DNA of 64,000 nt from Candidatus Caldarchaeales archaeon (GCA_039630055.1 JBCNVN010000001.1:64001-128000), one strand, 5' to 3'; positions 39,390-49,918 are shown, numbered from the stretch's first letter. The notes: a model not told the origin generated them from the sequence alone. Numbers and translations are program-made.

Positions 39390-40823
39390 ATGGATCGGGA
39401 AGGCTATAGGGTTGAGAGAGATTTATTTGGAGAGGTCCTGATACCTGTAGAAGCATACTATGATACTAGCACTGTCAGAGCAATAGAGAATTTTCCAATA
39501 TCTGGATTGAGATTTCCTAGAGCTTTCATAAGAGCTTTAGGATTGATAAAGTATTCCGCTGCTAAGGTCAATCTAAAGCTAGGACTATTGGATAGAGATA
39601 GAGCTGAAGCAATAATGAGAGCAGCTCTCGAGGTTGTGGATGGAAGATACGATGATCAGTTTGTCGTTGACATATTCCAAACAGGTTCAGGTACATCGAC
39701 AAATATGAATGCAAACGAGGTTATAGCTAATCGAGCTGCAGAGTTGTTGGGTGGAAAAAAGGGAGATAAGAAGCTAATACATCCAAATGACCATGTAAAT
39801 ATGTGTCAATCGACAAACGATGTGTTTCCCACCGCTATCCACATCTCGGTAGCTGAAAGTATTATCAAGATGCTGCTACCCAGCTTGAAGATTTTGGAAG
39901 AATCTTTAAGGATGAAGGCTTCGGAGTTCGAATCGATTGTAAAATGTGGTAGAACCCATCTACAGGATGCTGTCCCGATAACGCTTGGACAAGAGTTCAG
40001 TGGTTACGCATCTATGATTAGACATGGGATCCAGAGGCTGGAGAGGAATATGGAAGAGATATTAGAGCTACCTATAGGTGGAACAGCGGTTGGAACAGGC
40101 TTAAATGCTCATCCAGATTTTGGAAGAATGGTTGTAGAAGAGATTAGCAATATCACCAACATTATGTTCAAGGTCTCTGAAAATAGATTTGAACAACTCC
40201 AGCTTAGAGATTCTTGTGTTTCAATAAGTGGATGCTTGAGAACAATAGCTGGAAGCATATTGAAGATTATTAGAGATTTGAGACTTCTCAGCTCTGGACC
40301 GAATACCGGGCTTGGAGAGATAGAAGTACCGGCCACACAGCCAGGCTCATCTATAATGCCTGGAAAAGTTAACCCTGTAATACTTGAGAGTTCTATGCTT
40401 GTATGTGTAAAGATCTTTGGAAGTGATCTGACGATCGCACTCTCGAACCAGCTTGGAGAGCTTGAACTCAATATGGGTATGCCTCTAATCGCATATGAAT
40501 TGCTCGAATCGATCCGACTACTATCTAACATGTCTAAGAATTTAGCTGTCAAGTGTATCAATGGATTGAGGGCAAACGTTGAGAGATGCCGTTACTATGC
40601 AGAGGTTAGCCCAGCTCTAGTAACAGCATTGACTCCTATCATCGGATATGATAGAGGAGCATTGATAGCTAAAAAAATCGTAGATGAGAAGAAGACTATA
40701 ACACAAGCATTGATAGAGGAAGGATATTCAGTCGATGATTTGAAGGATGTAATAGATCCGTTAAGGTTGACTAAGGGTGGGATAATCTCAAAGACCTCTA
40801 TCAAGAGAGGGGAAAGCCTTTAA
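39390..40823 (+). CDS. fumC: Class II fumarate hydratase
   Basis: QTGSGTSTNMNANEV and GRTHLQDA (His, favouring fumarase over aspartase), signature GSSIMPGKVNP. Confidence 0.88.
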   Translation: MDREGYRVERDLFGEVLIPVEAYYDTSTVRAIENFPISGLRFPRAFIRALGLIKYSAAKVNLKLGLLDRDRAEAIMRAALEVVDGRYDDQFVVDIFQTGSGTSTNMNANEVIANRAAELLGGKKGDKKLIHPNDHVNMCQSTNDVFPTAIHISVAESIIKMLLPSLKILEESLRMKASEFESIVKCGRTHLQDAVPITLGQEFSGYASMIRHGIQRLERNMEEILELPIGGTAVGTGLNAHPDFGRMVVEEISNITNIMFKVSENRFEQLQLRDSCVSISGCLRTIAGSILKIIRDLRLLSSGPNTGLGEIEVPATQPGSSIMPGKVNPVILESSMLVCVKIFGSDLTIALSNQLGELELNMGMPLIAYELLESIRLLSNMSKNLAVKCINGLRANVERCRYYAEVSPALVTALTPIIGYDRGALIAKKIVDEKKTITQALIEEGYSVDDLKDVIDPLRLTKGGIISKTSIKRGESL

Positions 40824-40872
40824 ACCTTCACGAAAAACTCAAATTATGAAATCTTGAAGATACCTTGAATTA

Positions 40873-42057
40873 TTGGATAGAAGATTAGTATATGTATTCA
40901 TCGCTTTAGGCATAGTTTCCCTACTGGCAGATATAACATATGAAGGTGCCAGATCGATCTCGGGAGCATACTTAAACTTTTTAGCTGCACCAGCGATAGC
41001 AGCGGGATTACTGGCCGCTGGAGAGTTCTTAAGCTACTTGATAAGATTTCTCAGTGGACTGATCGCTCAGAAGACTTACTCAGCAAAAACATTCTGGAGC
41101 CTCATCTATATCGGTTATGCAGTAAATCTATTCGCTATCCCTCTACTAGCATTCACAAATTATTGGTTCCTAGCATTAATCCTATATTTCGTGGAGAGGA
41201 TGGGAAAAGGTCTAAGAACACCTATTAGAGATGTATTAGTTGCAGAGATATCTGAGGGGATAGGCAGAGGTAAGGGATTCGGAATCCATGAAGTAGTAGA
41301 CCAGGTTGGAGCCATAGCTGGGCCTGCAATCATAGGACTATCCCTTACATACTTTGGGGATAATGTATCGTTAGGATATAGATACTCATTTATAATACTT
41401 GGAGTTCCAGCAGCGCTTAGCTTGATTACTCTAACATATGTTTACAGTAGATATCCAGTGCCTAGAGCTGTTGATGTTAGAAGATCAGTCGTGGAGGTTA
41501 GAGATCTAGGTAGAGTCTACTGGTTATACCTAGCCGGCTCATCTATAGCTATGGCTGGATTGATTCATTGGGGTTTGGTATCTTATTATCTTGAAGACTT
41601 AGCAAGAACCGGTGAGATATTCTCATCTGAGATCCCGATCTTCTATCTTATAGCCATGGCCTCGGATGCGATAATTGCTTTACCTTTAGGGATTATCTAT
41701 GATAGGTATAAGTATTTTTCCTTATCCCTCGTACCCATAACCGCAATCCCAATACCAATATTGTTATTTATCTATCCAGATCGGTTGGGACTGTATGCTA
41801 TGTCTATTATTTGGGGAGCCTCTATGGGTGGGGCTGAGACGATTATGAGAGCGGCGGTCGCCGATATAACCAGAGAGTCTTCAAGACTTATAGCATATGG
41901 CTTATCCTCTATGCTACATGGCGCATCGATGTTTCTAAGTGGAATAGTTTTTTCATATCTATACCAGATAAGAGCAATATATTTGATAATCTTTTTAATC
42001 ATTATCATCGAAATAATTGCATTAACTCTCTATAGTACTTTGATGATTAAAAGATAA
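40873..42057 (+). CDS. MFS transporter
   Basis: About 12 TM helices; SLLADITYEGARS, ERMGKGLRTPIRD, GFGIHEVVDQVGAIAGP. Confidence 0.88.
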   Translation: MDRRLVYVFIALGIVSLLADITYEGARSISGAYLNFLAAPAIAAGLLAAGEFLSYLIRFLSGLIAQKTYSAKTFWSLIYIGYAVNLFAIPLLAFTNYWFLALILYFVERMGKGLRTPIRDVLVAEISEGIGRGKGFGIHEVVDQVGAIAGPAIIGLSLTYFGDNVSLGYRYSFIILGVPAALSLITLTYVYSRYPVPRAVDVRRSVVEVRDLGRVYWLYLAGSSIAMAGLIHWGLVSYYLEDLARTGEIFSSEIPIFYLIAMASDAIIALPLGIIYDRYKYFSLSLVPITAIPIPILLFIYPDRLGLYAMSIIWGASMGGAETIMRAAVADITRESSRLIAYGLSSMLHGASMFLSGIVFSYLYQIRAIYLIIFLIIIIEIIALTLYSTLMIKR

Positions 42058-42073
42058 GGATTGAATAGTTAAG

Positions 42074-43024
42074 CTATATGCTGATCAGCATCAGCAGATT
42101 TACGATGTGTGAAATAAAGTAAACTATTAGTATTACGAGTGCAGCCGATGTACCGCTCAATCTTCTACCGAAGGCCGTTAGAGCTATGATGAATGGAAGA
42201 GATATTGCTTGAGCTACCGTCATGTATAAATCTCTTATCTGGTAGAATCCCGGTTCACTGGGCTTGGGGATCAAGTTGAGCTGGAAAAATCTATCTAAAG
42301 CTAAGATGCCTGGATAGAATACTAAGGGAAGTACTGCAATAAATAATGACAAGATAAATTTTATTTCATCCTCAAGAGAACTCCATGCAACATCTCTAAT
42401 CCTATCGAGAACCTTCCCCTCTCTTAAATGAAACAGTCTACCCGAGAATATTATAGAGATAAACGTTATCAATAAATATAGTATAAGGATGTTGAAGAAA
42501 TATTTTCCAGTGATCTCTATAATGTTAGGCTGAGAACTGTACATATGGAGTATTAATGGAGATGTTCTACTATATATCATCAAGGTTAAACTTACTAAGA
42601 CTGAGAGGGTTGGAACAACTATTCTCAAACCTGTACTTTGATATATTGGAGAAAATAACCATATAGGAAAGAAAACATCATTGATGATTGTAGTAATCTT
42701 GCTAGGAGTTCTTGGTCTAAAAATATCTGGAGAGATGACCCCTCCCTCTTTCAATATCTTATATACTCTTTCCCCCTCTTCTGTTAAGACATAGTTTCTA
42801 TCTTGGTCTTGAGCTACGAAATCTTTAAGTTGCCTGAGATTGTAATAGAGAGATCCTGTACTTATGTTGAGAGCATCTCTTAGAGATGTGGCACTGATCT
42901 TTCCAGCGTTCCCTATGGCCAACAAGATCTTCCTCCTAGTCCTCTGTCTAAGAAGCCAGACTAGTTCATCTTCACTACTAAATCTTATGGTCTCTGAAGG
43001 CAAACTAATCTCCTCTCTGAACAT
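42074..43024 (-). CDS. Membrane-anchored winged-helix transcription factor (ArsR-like HTH + multi-TM C-terminus)
   Basis: RTRRKILLAI...SATSLRDALNISTGSLYYNLRQL...YVLTEEG followed by 4-5 hydrophobic segments. Confidence 0.75.
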   Translation of the reverse strand: MFREEISLPSETIRFSSEDELVWLLRQRTRRKILLAIGNAGKISATSLRDALNISTGSLYYNLRQLKDFVAQDQDRNYVLTEEGERVYKILKEGGVISPDIFRPRTPSKITTIINDVFFPIWLFSPIYQSTGLRIVVPTLSVLVSLTLMIYSRTSPLILHMYSSQPNIIEITGKYFFNILILYLLITFISIIFSGRLFHLREGKVLDRIRDVAWSSLEDEIKFILSLFIAVLPLVFYPGILALDRFFQLNLIPKPSEPGFYQIRDLYMTVAQAISLPFIIALTAFGRRLSGTSAALVILIVYFISHIVNLLMLISI

Positions 43025-43142
43025 GAAGATAGACAGTAAATTTTAAACTTGTCTCCTCAATAAACATGACTAGGATTTATTTCTTAAGTTAAATATATCT
43101 TTTTCGAGTAATATTACTAGAGTTTAGAGGTTTCGGAATAGA

Positions 43143-43718
43143 ATGGATTGGGTTGAAGATAGTGTTGTATTTAGAGGGGCTATTAGGAGGAGTGGTAATA
43201 GTCTTGTCATAACTATTCCAGCAGAACTCTCCCAGAGACTTCTTCTAAGAGAAGGGCAAGACTTCATCATATATGGTATAGGGAGAAGGAGGCCTGATTT
43301 CGAGGGAGGGCTCCAAGTATATCTAGGATACTTTATAGTTAATGAGAAAGTTCCTGTTATGAGATTCAAGATTGACATAAACGGTGGGAGCCTTGAAAAG
43401 CTTATCCCATTGATAAGAGAGATAAGAGATACTTACTCTCTATCGGACATAAGGTATAGACAGCTGGATAGTAAGACGATAGAGGTTGAACTATTCTTCG
43501 GAGCAATAAGTGAGAAAGGGATTACCAGGTTGAAGACAAGGGAAGAAATAGAAGATGCTGCCTCATCTATAGAGTTTAAATTAAGGCTTGAAGGTTTTAA
43601 GATCCTGGAGAAAGAACTAGTAGACAAGATAATAGAATGGAGGAGTATTGATCCATCTATTATATCGAGAGCACCTTACAAGATTACTGAGATAGTGAGG
43701 TGGCGGTGGGAGATCTAA
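43143..43718 (+). CDS. AbrB/MazE/SpoVT-like N-terminal domain protein
   Basis: IRRSGNSLVITIPAELSQRLLLREGQ swapped-hairpin motif plus an unknown C-terminal region. Confidence 0.75.
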   Translation: MDWVEDSVVFRGAIRRSGNSLVITIPAELSQRLLLREGQDFIIYGIGRRRPDFEGGLQVYLGYFIVNEKVPVMRFKIDINGGSLEKLIPLIREIRDTYSLSDIRYRQLDSKTIEVELFFGAISEKGITRLKTREEIEDAASSIEFKLRLEGFKILEKELVDKIIEWRSIDPSIISRAPYKITEIVRWRWEI

Positions 43719-43760
43719 AATTATCTAAAAGTAACTCCTATCTAATCTTGAAAGATAGAG

Positions 43761-45065
43761 GTGGTAGGTATAGAGTTAATTGCAGATCTACATATCCATA
43801 GTAAATATTCAGGAGCTACCTCTCAGAGGATGAATATTGCTGAGTTGGTAGAGTTTGCCAAGATGAAGGGATTGAATATTCTAGGTACAGGTGATGCACT
43901 CCATCCTCAATGGGTTAAAGAACTTACAAGAGAGCTAAACTACATCGGTGATGGATTATATTCATCGAATAACGGTAAGGTATACTTTATAGCACAAGTT
44001 GAAGTAGCTACGATACATAAGTTCAACGGTAAATCAAGGCGGATACATCATGTAATACTGATGCCCAGTTTAGAAGTAGCAATACAGCTGTCAGATGTCT
44101 TGAAGAACTATGGAGACAATCAGTCTGATGGTCGACCTATCTTAAACATCGAACCAGCTGAACTGGTAGAGAAAGTGATAGAATTGGAGAGGTCAAATAT
44201 TGTCTTTCCTGCTCATGCTTGGACCCCATGGTGGAGCATGCTTGGAGCATTCAGTGGTGTAGACAATATTAAAGAATGTTATGGAGATATGGTTAAGTAT
44301 ATTTATGCTATAGAGACTGGTCTAAGTAGTGACCCACCTATGAACTGGAGAGTTAGCTGGCTTGATGACTATACTCTATTAAGCTTTAGTGACTCCCACA
44401 GTCCTTACCCATATAGAATCGGGAGAGAAGCAGTAGTATTCAATCTATCTAAACCAAGTTATAGAGAGATATTTGAAGCTATAAAGAATAAAGATCCAGA
44501 AAAGATTCTGATGACTATTGAAGTTCCACCAGAATATGGAAAATATCATTGGAGCGGTCATAGAAACTGTAACTTTGGACCGGTAGAACCTAGAGAAGCT
44601 AGGAGACTCAATTATGTATGTCCCGTATGTAGAAAGAAGCTTACGAAAGGAGTAGATGATCGTGTAGAAGAGCTTGCAGATAGACCTAGAAACCATATGC
44701 CGGATAAGCGTATAAATTATGTACATCTTATACCACTACAAGAGTTGATAGCATTAAGTATGGGTCTAGAAGTGGAAAACGAGTCCAAGCTTAACAGTGT
44801 TAAAGTATGGAGGGAATATGAGAAGTTGGTTAAGATATTCAGAAACGAGTTTAATATATTATTGAAAGTCCCAGAAGAAGAGATAGGAAAGGTTGCTGGT
44901 ATCAAGCTTGCCAGAATAATCTCGATTATGAGGGAGAAGAAGGTTAAGATTAAGCCAGGGTATGATGGAGTCTATGGACGGATCATCATAGATGAAGAAG
45001 ATAGTAAGGAAGAATATATGAAGATCAAAAGCCTTGAAGACTACATTAAAGATAATGGGGAATAG
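43761..45065 (+). CDS. Endonuclease Q family protein (PHP domain + Zn finger)
   Basis: ADLHIHSKYS, GTGDALHP, DGRP, PAHAWTPW, ETGLSSD, SDSHS, YGKYH, CPVC...GVDDRV, PGYDGVYG. Confidence 0.9.
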   Translation: MVGIELIADLHIHSKYSGATSQRMNIAELVEFAKMKGLNILGTGDALHPQWVKELTRELNYIGDGLYSSNNGKVYFIAQVEVATIHKFNGKSRRIHHVILMPSLEVAIQLSDVLKNYGDNQSDGRPILNIEPAELVEKVIELERSNIVFPAHAWTPWWSMLGAFSGVDNIKECYGDMVKYIYAIETGLSSDPPMNWRVSWLDDYTLLSFSDSHSPYPYRIGREAVVFNLSKPSYREIFEAIKNKDPEKILMTIEVPPEYGKYHWSGHRNCNFGPVEPREARRLNYVCPVCRKKLTKGVDDRVEELADRPRNHMPDKRINYVHLIPLQELIALSMGLEVENESKLNSVKVWREYEKLVKIFRNEFNILLKVPEEEIGKVAGIKLARIISIMREKKVKIKPGYDGVYGRIIIDEEDSKEEYMKIKSLEDYIKDNGE

Positions 45066-45277
45066 ATAGAATGAATTGTGTTAGTGAAGATCAGAGGATA
45101 GTGAGAGAAATGGGGAGACAGACCTACAATCTTATCACCATGGTAGGAGACAATGTATCTTAACAAGGCAAGCGATTTTATAACAAGCCTACAAATATCA
45201 CTATGTACAGACCAACAAAATGCGAATCTAATTATAATTCTTAAGAATTTTAAGAATTACAGTTTGTAAGAATTTAG

Positions 45278-45365
45278 AGCCCCGGGCGGGATTTGAACCC
45301 GCGACCTGCGGCTTTCTTGACTTGTATTTACAAGGCCGCCGCTCTACCCGCTGAGCTACCGGGGC
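45278..45365 (-). tRNA. tRNA-Thr(UGU) with 15-nt canonical 37/38 intron (45314-45328)
   Basis: Cloverleaf with GCCCCGG/CCGGGGC acceptor, GCGGC-CT-TGT-A anticodon arm and TTCAAAT T-loop; BHB central helix CUUG/CAAG. Confidence 0.95.
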
Positions 45366-45577
45366 CAGCCTTATTTGACACATCCCTTGATATATGTTTT
45401 TACTCATTCTAGTTAACCGTCTATGTTAACCATTAATTATATCGTTATTAGAGATCTGTAAGATTCTTTGGAGTTATCATTTATAGAAGTTGATGAATCG
45501 AGTGTAGTGGTCTCTCATAGTGGGAGTTTCTAGACGACTAAGATAGTTTTATTATGGTTTTTAGGCTTATTCTATAG

Positions 45578-46315
45578 ATGTTTGAGGTCGTAATCGTTAT
45601 TCCTACATATAATGAGGCTGAGAATGTTAAGAAGATTATTCCAAGCTTGGCAGATATTTTGGAGAAGGCTGGATGGAAAGCAATGGTATTGGTTGTCGAT
45701 GATTCAAGCCCAGATGGTACCGCTGAGGTTGTTGAAGAGATCTCAAAAAAGATTGAAGGTGTTAAGATCTTGAAGAGGCCTCGAAAGCTTGGTTTAGGCT
45801 CTGCCTACATAGATGGATTCAAGTATGTTATTGAGAAGATGGATTCTGTAAAGTATGTATGTGAGATGGATGCAGATGGTAGCCACCCCCCTGAGATTAT
45901 GCCCAGCATGCTCGAGATAGCTGAGGAGGGGGGATACGATGTGGTTATAGCCTCTAGATATATTGAGGGTGGAAGATGGGGGGAGGGAACTATTATTAGG
46001 AGGTTGATTAGCAAGGGGGCAAACTTTTTGGGAAGAGTCTCTACAGGTTTGAAGGTTAGAGACATAACATCTGGATACAGAGTGATAAGGTTAAACACAT
46101 TGAAGAAGGTTGTTGATAGTCTTACCGAGCTCCACTCAGGATACGTATTCCAAGTAGAGCTACTATACCTACTCCATAAGGTTGAAGCTAAGATAACTGA
46201 GTATCCACTAATATTTAGACCTAGGCTACATGGTAGATCGAAGCTCGGGAAGTCCGAGATCATCTCATTCGCTTCATGGTGTATAAAGAAGCTTTTTGGG
46301 AGGATATTTTCATGA
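45578..46315 (+). CDS. Polyprenol-monophosphomannose synthase-like GT2 glycosyltransferase
   Basis: IPTYNEAEN, VVDDSSPDGT, GLGSAYIDG, MDADGSHPP, DITSGYR, GYVFQVE, GRSKL. Confidence 0.9.
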   Translation: MFEVVIVIPTYNEAENVKKIIPSLADILEKAGWKAMVLVVDDSSPDGTAEVVEEISKKIEGVKILKRPRKLGLGSAYIDGFKYVIEKMDSVKYVCEMDADGSHPPEIMPSMLEIAEEGGYDVVIASRYIEGGRWGEGTIIRRLISKGANFLGRVSTGLKVRDITSGYRVIRLNTLKKVVDSLTELHSGYVFQVELLYLLHKVEAKITEYPLIFRPRLHGRSKLGKSEIISFASWCIKKLFGRIFS

Positions 46316-47298
46316 AGAAGCTTAGAGATCTGGGAGAGAGATCATTAATAAAATACATTAACTCGACTCTGAAGAGGTTTCCCGGATCTATTTTACCTGT
46401 AGGTGATGATGCAGTCGATATGTTAATTCAAGGCAGATTTTTGGTCTCGGTAGATATGATGGTCCAAAGTACGGATATTCCAGAAGGAGTAGGTTGGAGG
46501 GTAGTAGGATATAGGGCTGTGACAAGCACTACGAGCGATATAGCTGCAAAAGGGGGAAGACCGAAAGCATATCTCATATCTATGGCGCTTCCACCAAATA
46601 TGGATGAAGAAGATTTTAAAGATCTTTGGAGTGGAATCTTGGAAGCTGTAGAGCAGTATGGAGGGATCGTGGTTGGAGGAGATACGAATGAAGGAGACCA
46701 GGTATTAATCGATGTAATCTGTATAGGAGAAGTACCAGGAAAGTTAATTACTAGAAGTGGTGCTAAGCCTGGAGATATAGTTGCGGTGACAGGTCTCTTC
46801 GGAGTGGAAGCTGCAGGATTACATGCTTTGATTAATAAGGTGAAGAATGATGTCTCTAGAAGGGTTGTCGATAAGATGTTGAAACCGGTTGCAAGAGTTA
46901 GAGAGGGTGAGGTTCTATCTAAGTTAGCAACATCCTCGATAGATTCAAGTGATGGTCTCGCTGAATCATTGTTCTTATTAGGTGAATCGAGTAACGTGGG
47001 ATTTAGAATAGATAATCCTCCTATAGATCCGCTTGCTGAAGAGTATTCGAGAGAATGTAGGGTAGACCTACTGGAGTTGGTTTTCTTCGGGGGAGAAGAA
47101 TACGAGCTAGTTGTAACTATTAGTCCAGAGAATTGGGATAAAGCATGTAAAGATATTGAAGATCTGGGTGGAAGGCTCATCAAGATAGGCCATGTGATAG
47201 ATGCTCCAAACATCGTAGAGGTCTTATGGAACGATGAATACATTAGACTGCCTAGAAGAGGGTATGCTCATTTTACAGATCGAGCTCTACCAAGATAG
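46312..47298 (+). CDS. thiL: Thiamine-monophosphate kinase
   Basis: LGERSLI, VGDDA, SDIAAKGG, VGGDTN, RSGAKPGD, DSSDGL, GGEEYEL; ATGA overlap with the upstream gene. Confidence 0.93.
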   Translation: MKKLRDLGERSLIKYINSTLKRFPGSILPVGDDAVDMLIQGRFLVSVDMMVQSTDIPEGVGWRVVGYRAVTSTTSDIAAKGGRPKAYLISMALPPNMDEEDFKDLWSGILEAVEQYGGIVVGGDTNEGDQVLIDVICIGEVPGKLITRSGAKPGDIVAVTGLFGVEAAGLHALINKVKNDVSRRVVDKMLKPVARVREGEVLSKLATSSIDSSDGLAESLFLLGESSNVGFRIDNPPIDPLAEEYSRECRVDLLELVFFGGEEYELVVTISPENWDKACKDIEDLGGRLIKIGHVIDAPNIVEVLWNDEYIRLPRRGYAHFTDRALPR

Positions 47299-47807
47299 AG
47301 GTATTTATAGTATAAGAGTGCGAGGAAGGTTTTCCCATCGACCTCCCCACCTCTCACCAACTCTCTAATCGCTTCATCTACATCCATCTCGACTAAAATT
47401 ATCTCTTCATCCTCCTCTAACCTTTGCGACATCTTCACTAGCCCCGATGCTAAATATAGGTGGATATATTCTGTGGAGTATCCAGGGCTTGGAGTCATCG
47501 TCAAGATCTTCTCTAATATTCTTGCTCTGTATCCGGTCTCCTCTTCTAGCTCTCTTAGAGCGCATTCCTCTGGAGATTCATTCTCTTTTAATGTTCCAGC
47601 GGGGATCTCGATGATCCACTTGTCCAAAGGATATCTGTACTGTCTGATAAGAATAACTGTATTGTCTTTTATTATCGGAAGAACCGCGACGGCTCCAGGA
47701 TGTTCTACAACCTCTCTCACCTTCACTACATCGTCCTCAATTATATCAACCCTCAAATTTACCACTCTACCACTATATATCCGTCTACTCTCTTTTACCT
47801 CTACCAT
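47268..47807 (-). CDS. NUDIX hydrolase (ADP-ribose pyrophosphatase-like)
   Basis: REVVEHPGAVAV, QYRYP, Nudix box PAGTLKENESPEECALRELEEETGY, SPGYSTE. Confidence 0.9.
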   Translation of the reverse strand: MVEVKESRRIYSGRVVNLRVDIIEDDVVKVREVVEHPGAVAVLPIIKDNTVILIRQYRYPLDKWIIEIPAGTLKENESPEECALRELEEETGYRARILEKILTMTPSPGYSTEYIHLYLASGLVKMSQRLEEDEEIILVEMDVDEAIRELVRGGEVDGKTFLALLYYKYLYLGRARSVK

Positions 47808-47865
47808 TTTGTTGAATAATATTATATGCTATGCCAAAAAGATTAACAGTCGGCTCGTATATGAT

Positions 47866-48966
47866 ATGCTTATGAAGGTTAGGGAATTATTTAGCTATTT
47901 TAAACCATATGAATGGGAGACACCTGACTGGAAGATAGCTGAAGAGTATAATCTTAAGCTTGACCAGATCATTAGAATGGATCTGAATACTTCTCCATAC
48001 CTCCCTCAAAAATGGTTGAAGAATCTAGAATCGAAGATTAAGATGATGAAGATAAATGGTTATCCTGATGCTACCTATCGAGAGCTTGTAAACGAGATAT
48101 CAAACTATGTTGGAGTGAGGTCTGATAAGATAATACCTACCAATGGTGCAGATGAAGCTATCGATATAATAGTGAGGACATTTGTGGACTCTGGCTCTGA
48201 AGTAATATTGTCATCTCCAACTTACGACTATTTTAGAGTCTCAGTAGAGCTTCAAGGTGGCAGGATAATAAATATACAGAGAAAGAATGATTTCAAGGAT
48301 GACGTAGATAGAATAATCTCATCGATCACTGATAAGATTAGGGCCATATTCTTATGTAGTCCAAACAATCCAACCGGAAACACCATCGAGTATAATGATA
48401 TTGTTAGGATCCTCGATGAAGTTACAGATACAGCGGTAATAGTTGATGAAGCATACTATGAGTATTCTGGAAGAACCTTTATCGAGCTTACAGATTCCTA
48501 TGATAACCTCATAATTATTAGAACCTTATCTAAAGCCTTCGGACTAGCTGGTGCGAGAATCGGATACATAGTCGCATCAAGAGAGACTGCTAAATTGATA
48601 AGTAAAGTTAGACCTCCTAATAGTCTAAGCATCCCATCTATTGAATTGGCGATAATAGCATTAAAAGACTCGGAGACAGTTATAAGAAATGCTAGAAAGA
48701 TTGTAAAGGAGAGGGAAAGGGTTAGAGAGCTTCTATCAGCTCTTCCCAAATTGAAGGTCTACCCATCAGAAGCAAACTTCATATTATTCAAGCTGGTTAG
48801 AGGTAACCCGAAAAATCTTCATAGAAGATTGATGGAGAGAGGGATCATCATAAGAGACTTAGATCATGTCCCCGGCCTCCAATCACATTTTAGAGTAACA
48901 GTCTCTGTACCAGAAAACAATAATAGGTTCTTAAAACTACTTGAGAAATTACTTGAAGAAGTATAG
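47866..48966 (+). CDS. hisC: Histidinol-phosphate aminotransferase-like PLP aminotransferase
   Basis: YPD, NGADEAI, CSPNNPTG, VDEAYYEY, RTLSKAFGLAGARIGY, SEANF. Start trimmed to ATG 47866; no other his genes nearby, so the substrate is uncertain. Confidence 0.8.
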   Translation: MLMKVRELFSYFKPYEWETPDWKIAEEYNLKLDQIIRMDLNTSPYLPQKWLKNLESKIKMMKINGYPDATYRELVNEISNYVGVRSDKIIPTNGADEAIDIIVRTFVDSGSEVILSSPTYDYFRVSVELQGGRIINIQRKNDFKDDVDRIISSITDKIRAIFLCSPNNPTGNTIEYNDIVRILDEVTDTAVIVDEAYYEYSGRTFIELTDSYDNLIIIRTLSKAFGLAGARIGYIVASRETAKLISKVRPPNSLSIPSIELAIIALKDSETVIRNARKIVKERERVRELLSALPKLKVYPSEANFILFKLVRGNPKNLHRRLMERGIIIRDLDHVPGLQSHFRVTVSVPENNNRFLKLLEKLLEEV

Positions 48967-49121
48967 ATAGATGGATCTGGTAAGATATAGATAGTTTCAA
49001 CAAATCTTTAATCTTCATACTGTTTCATAGTGAACCCTGGAAGAGGCGAGTATCAGGAAATCCAGTAATAGTTTCTTCGAAAAATTAGAAATTAGCTTTA
49101 TGAGTATTATGGGATGGATCT

Positions 49122-49139
49122 TCTTCTAGATCTAGAAGA
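49122..49139. repeat. Perfect 18-bp palindrome TCTTCTAGA|TCTAGAAGA in a 430-bp intergenic region
   Basis: Read directly from the sequence; built from two TCTAGA sites. Confidence 0.85.
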
Positions 49140-49397
49140 GGGTTGTAACTTTGATTACTTACCAGGTCTCTCTGGTTCGGAGTAGACAATATAGGCTAAA
49201 ACAGTGAAGATTAAATCTACTGAGATAGAATTATATTTTATCTATATCGTGACCCGGCTCAAGTTGAAGACTCCATGTTATATAGAAATAAACTTGATGA
49301 AGTAATCTATAGATCAACCTCTAAATATTAGGAGCACACACTCCAAGATGTGAGAGAACAATAGGTGATGATAATCTCAAAGATTGATAAATAGAAG

Positions 49398-49495
49398 GGG
49401 CCTGTAGCTCAGCATGGATAGAGCGCCGGATAAGCTTTAACGCTTAGGTGAGCCTGCGGAGCCGAAGGTCGGGGGTTCAAGTCCCCCCAGGCCCA
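49398..49495 (+). tRNA. tRNA-Arg(GCG) with 23-nt non-canonical intron at 30/31 (49430-49452)
   Basis: GGGCCTG/CAGGCCC acceptor, A20 in the D-loop, CT-GCG-GA loop; strict BHB with central helix CGCC/GGUG and inner stem UAAGC/GCUUA. Confidence 0.92.
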
Positions 49496-49585
49496 TAATA
49501 GAATAATAATCTCATGAATAACTATCTTGGAATATTTTTGTTCTATCGAGGCAAGAATTGGTAGAATAGTATTCTTTGAGATTTA

Positions 49586-49678
49586 TGGGGCCGCTGGGAT
49601 TTGAACCCAGGACCTCGCGGGTTCCCGTAGATTGTATAGCCCGAGCCGCGTATCATAACCATGCTAGACCACGGCCCC
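49586..49678 (-). tRNA. tRNA-Pro(CGG) with 18-nt canonical 37/38 intron (49622-49639)
   Basis: GGGGCCG/CGGCCCC acceptor, CGCGG-CT-CGG-G arm, BHB central helix CUCG/CGGG. Confidence 0.93.
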
Positions 49679-49918
49679 TTCTTAGATTGAGCTCAAGTTA
49701 GGTTATAAATTTTAATTATCACATGATTAGATTCTCCAATTATAATATGGAGAATAACATTATATTGTAATTATCCTTATATGTGAACGGGGAACTAATT
49801 ATCTAGAGTCGGTATGGTCTCACTATATAAAAGATTCATAGAGGCTTGTATCTCTATCTGGAGGCATGGTTCTTAGGAAGGAAAATGAAAACGGCTAAGT
49901 CTCTAGTATCGTCTCCCA

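Noticed and set aside
46428-47243. 271-aa antisense ORF over thiL, and the many other 60-190 aa antisense ORFs in the track
   Set aside because: Ser/Ile/Leu-rich shadows of well-supported genes on the opposite strand, with no motifs.
47473-47865. N-terminal extensions of hisC (and similarly of trm5 at 24643-24837)
   Set aside because: They overlap convincing opposite-strand genes; family similarity begins only at the downstream ATGs.
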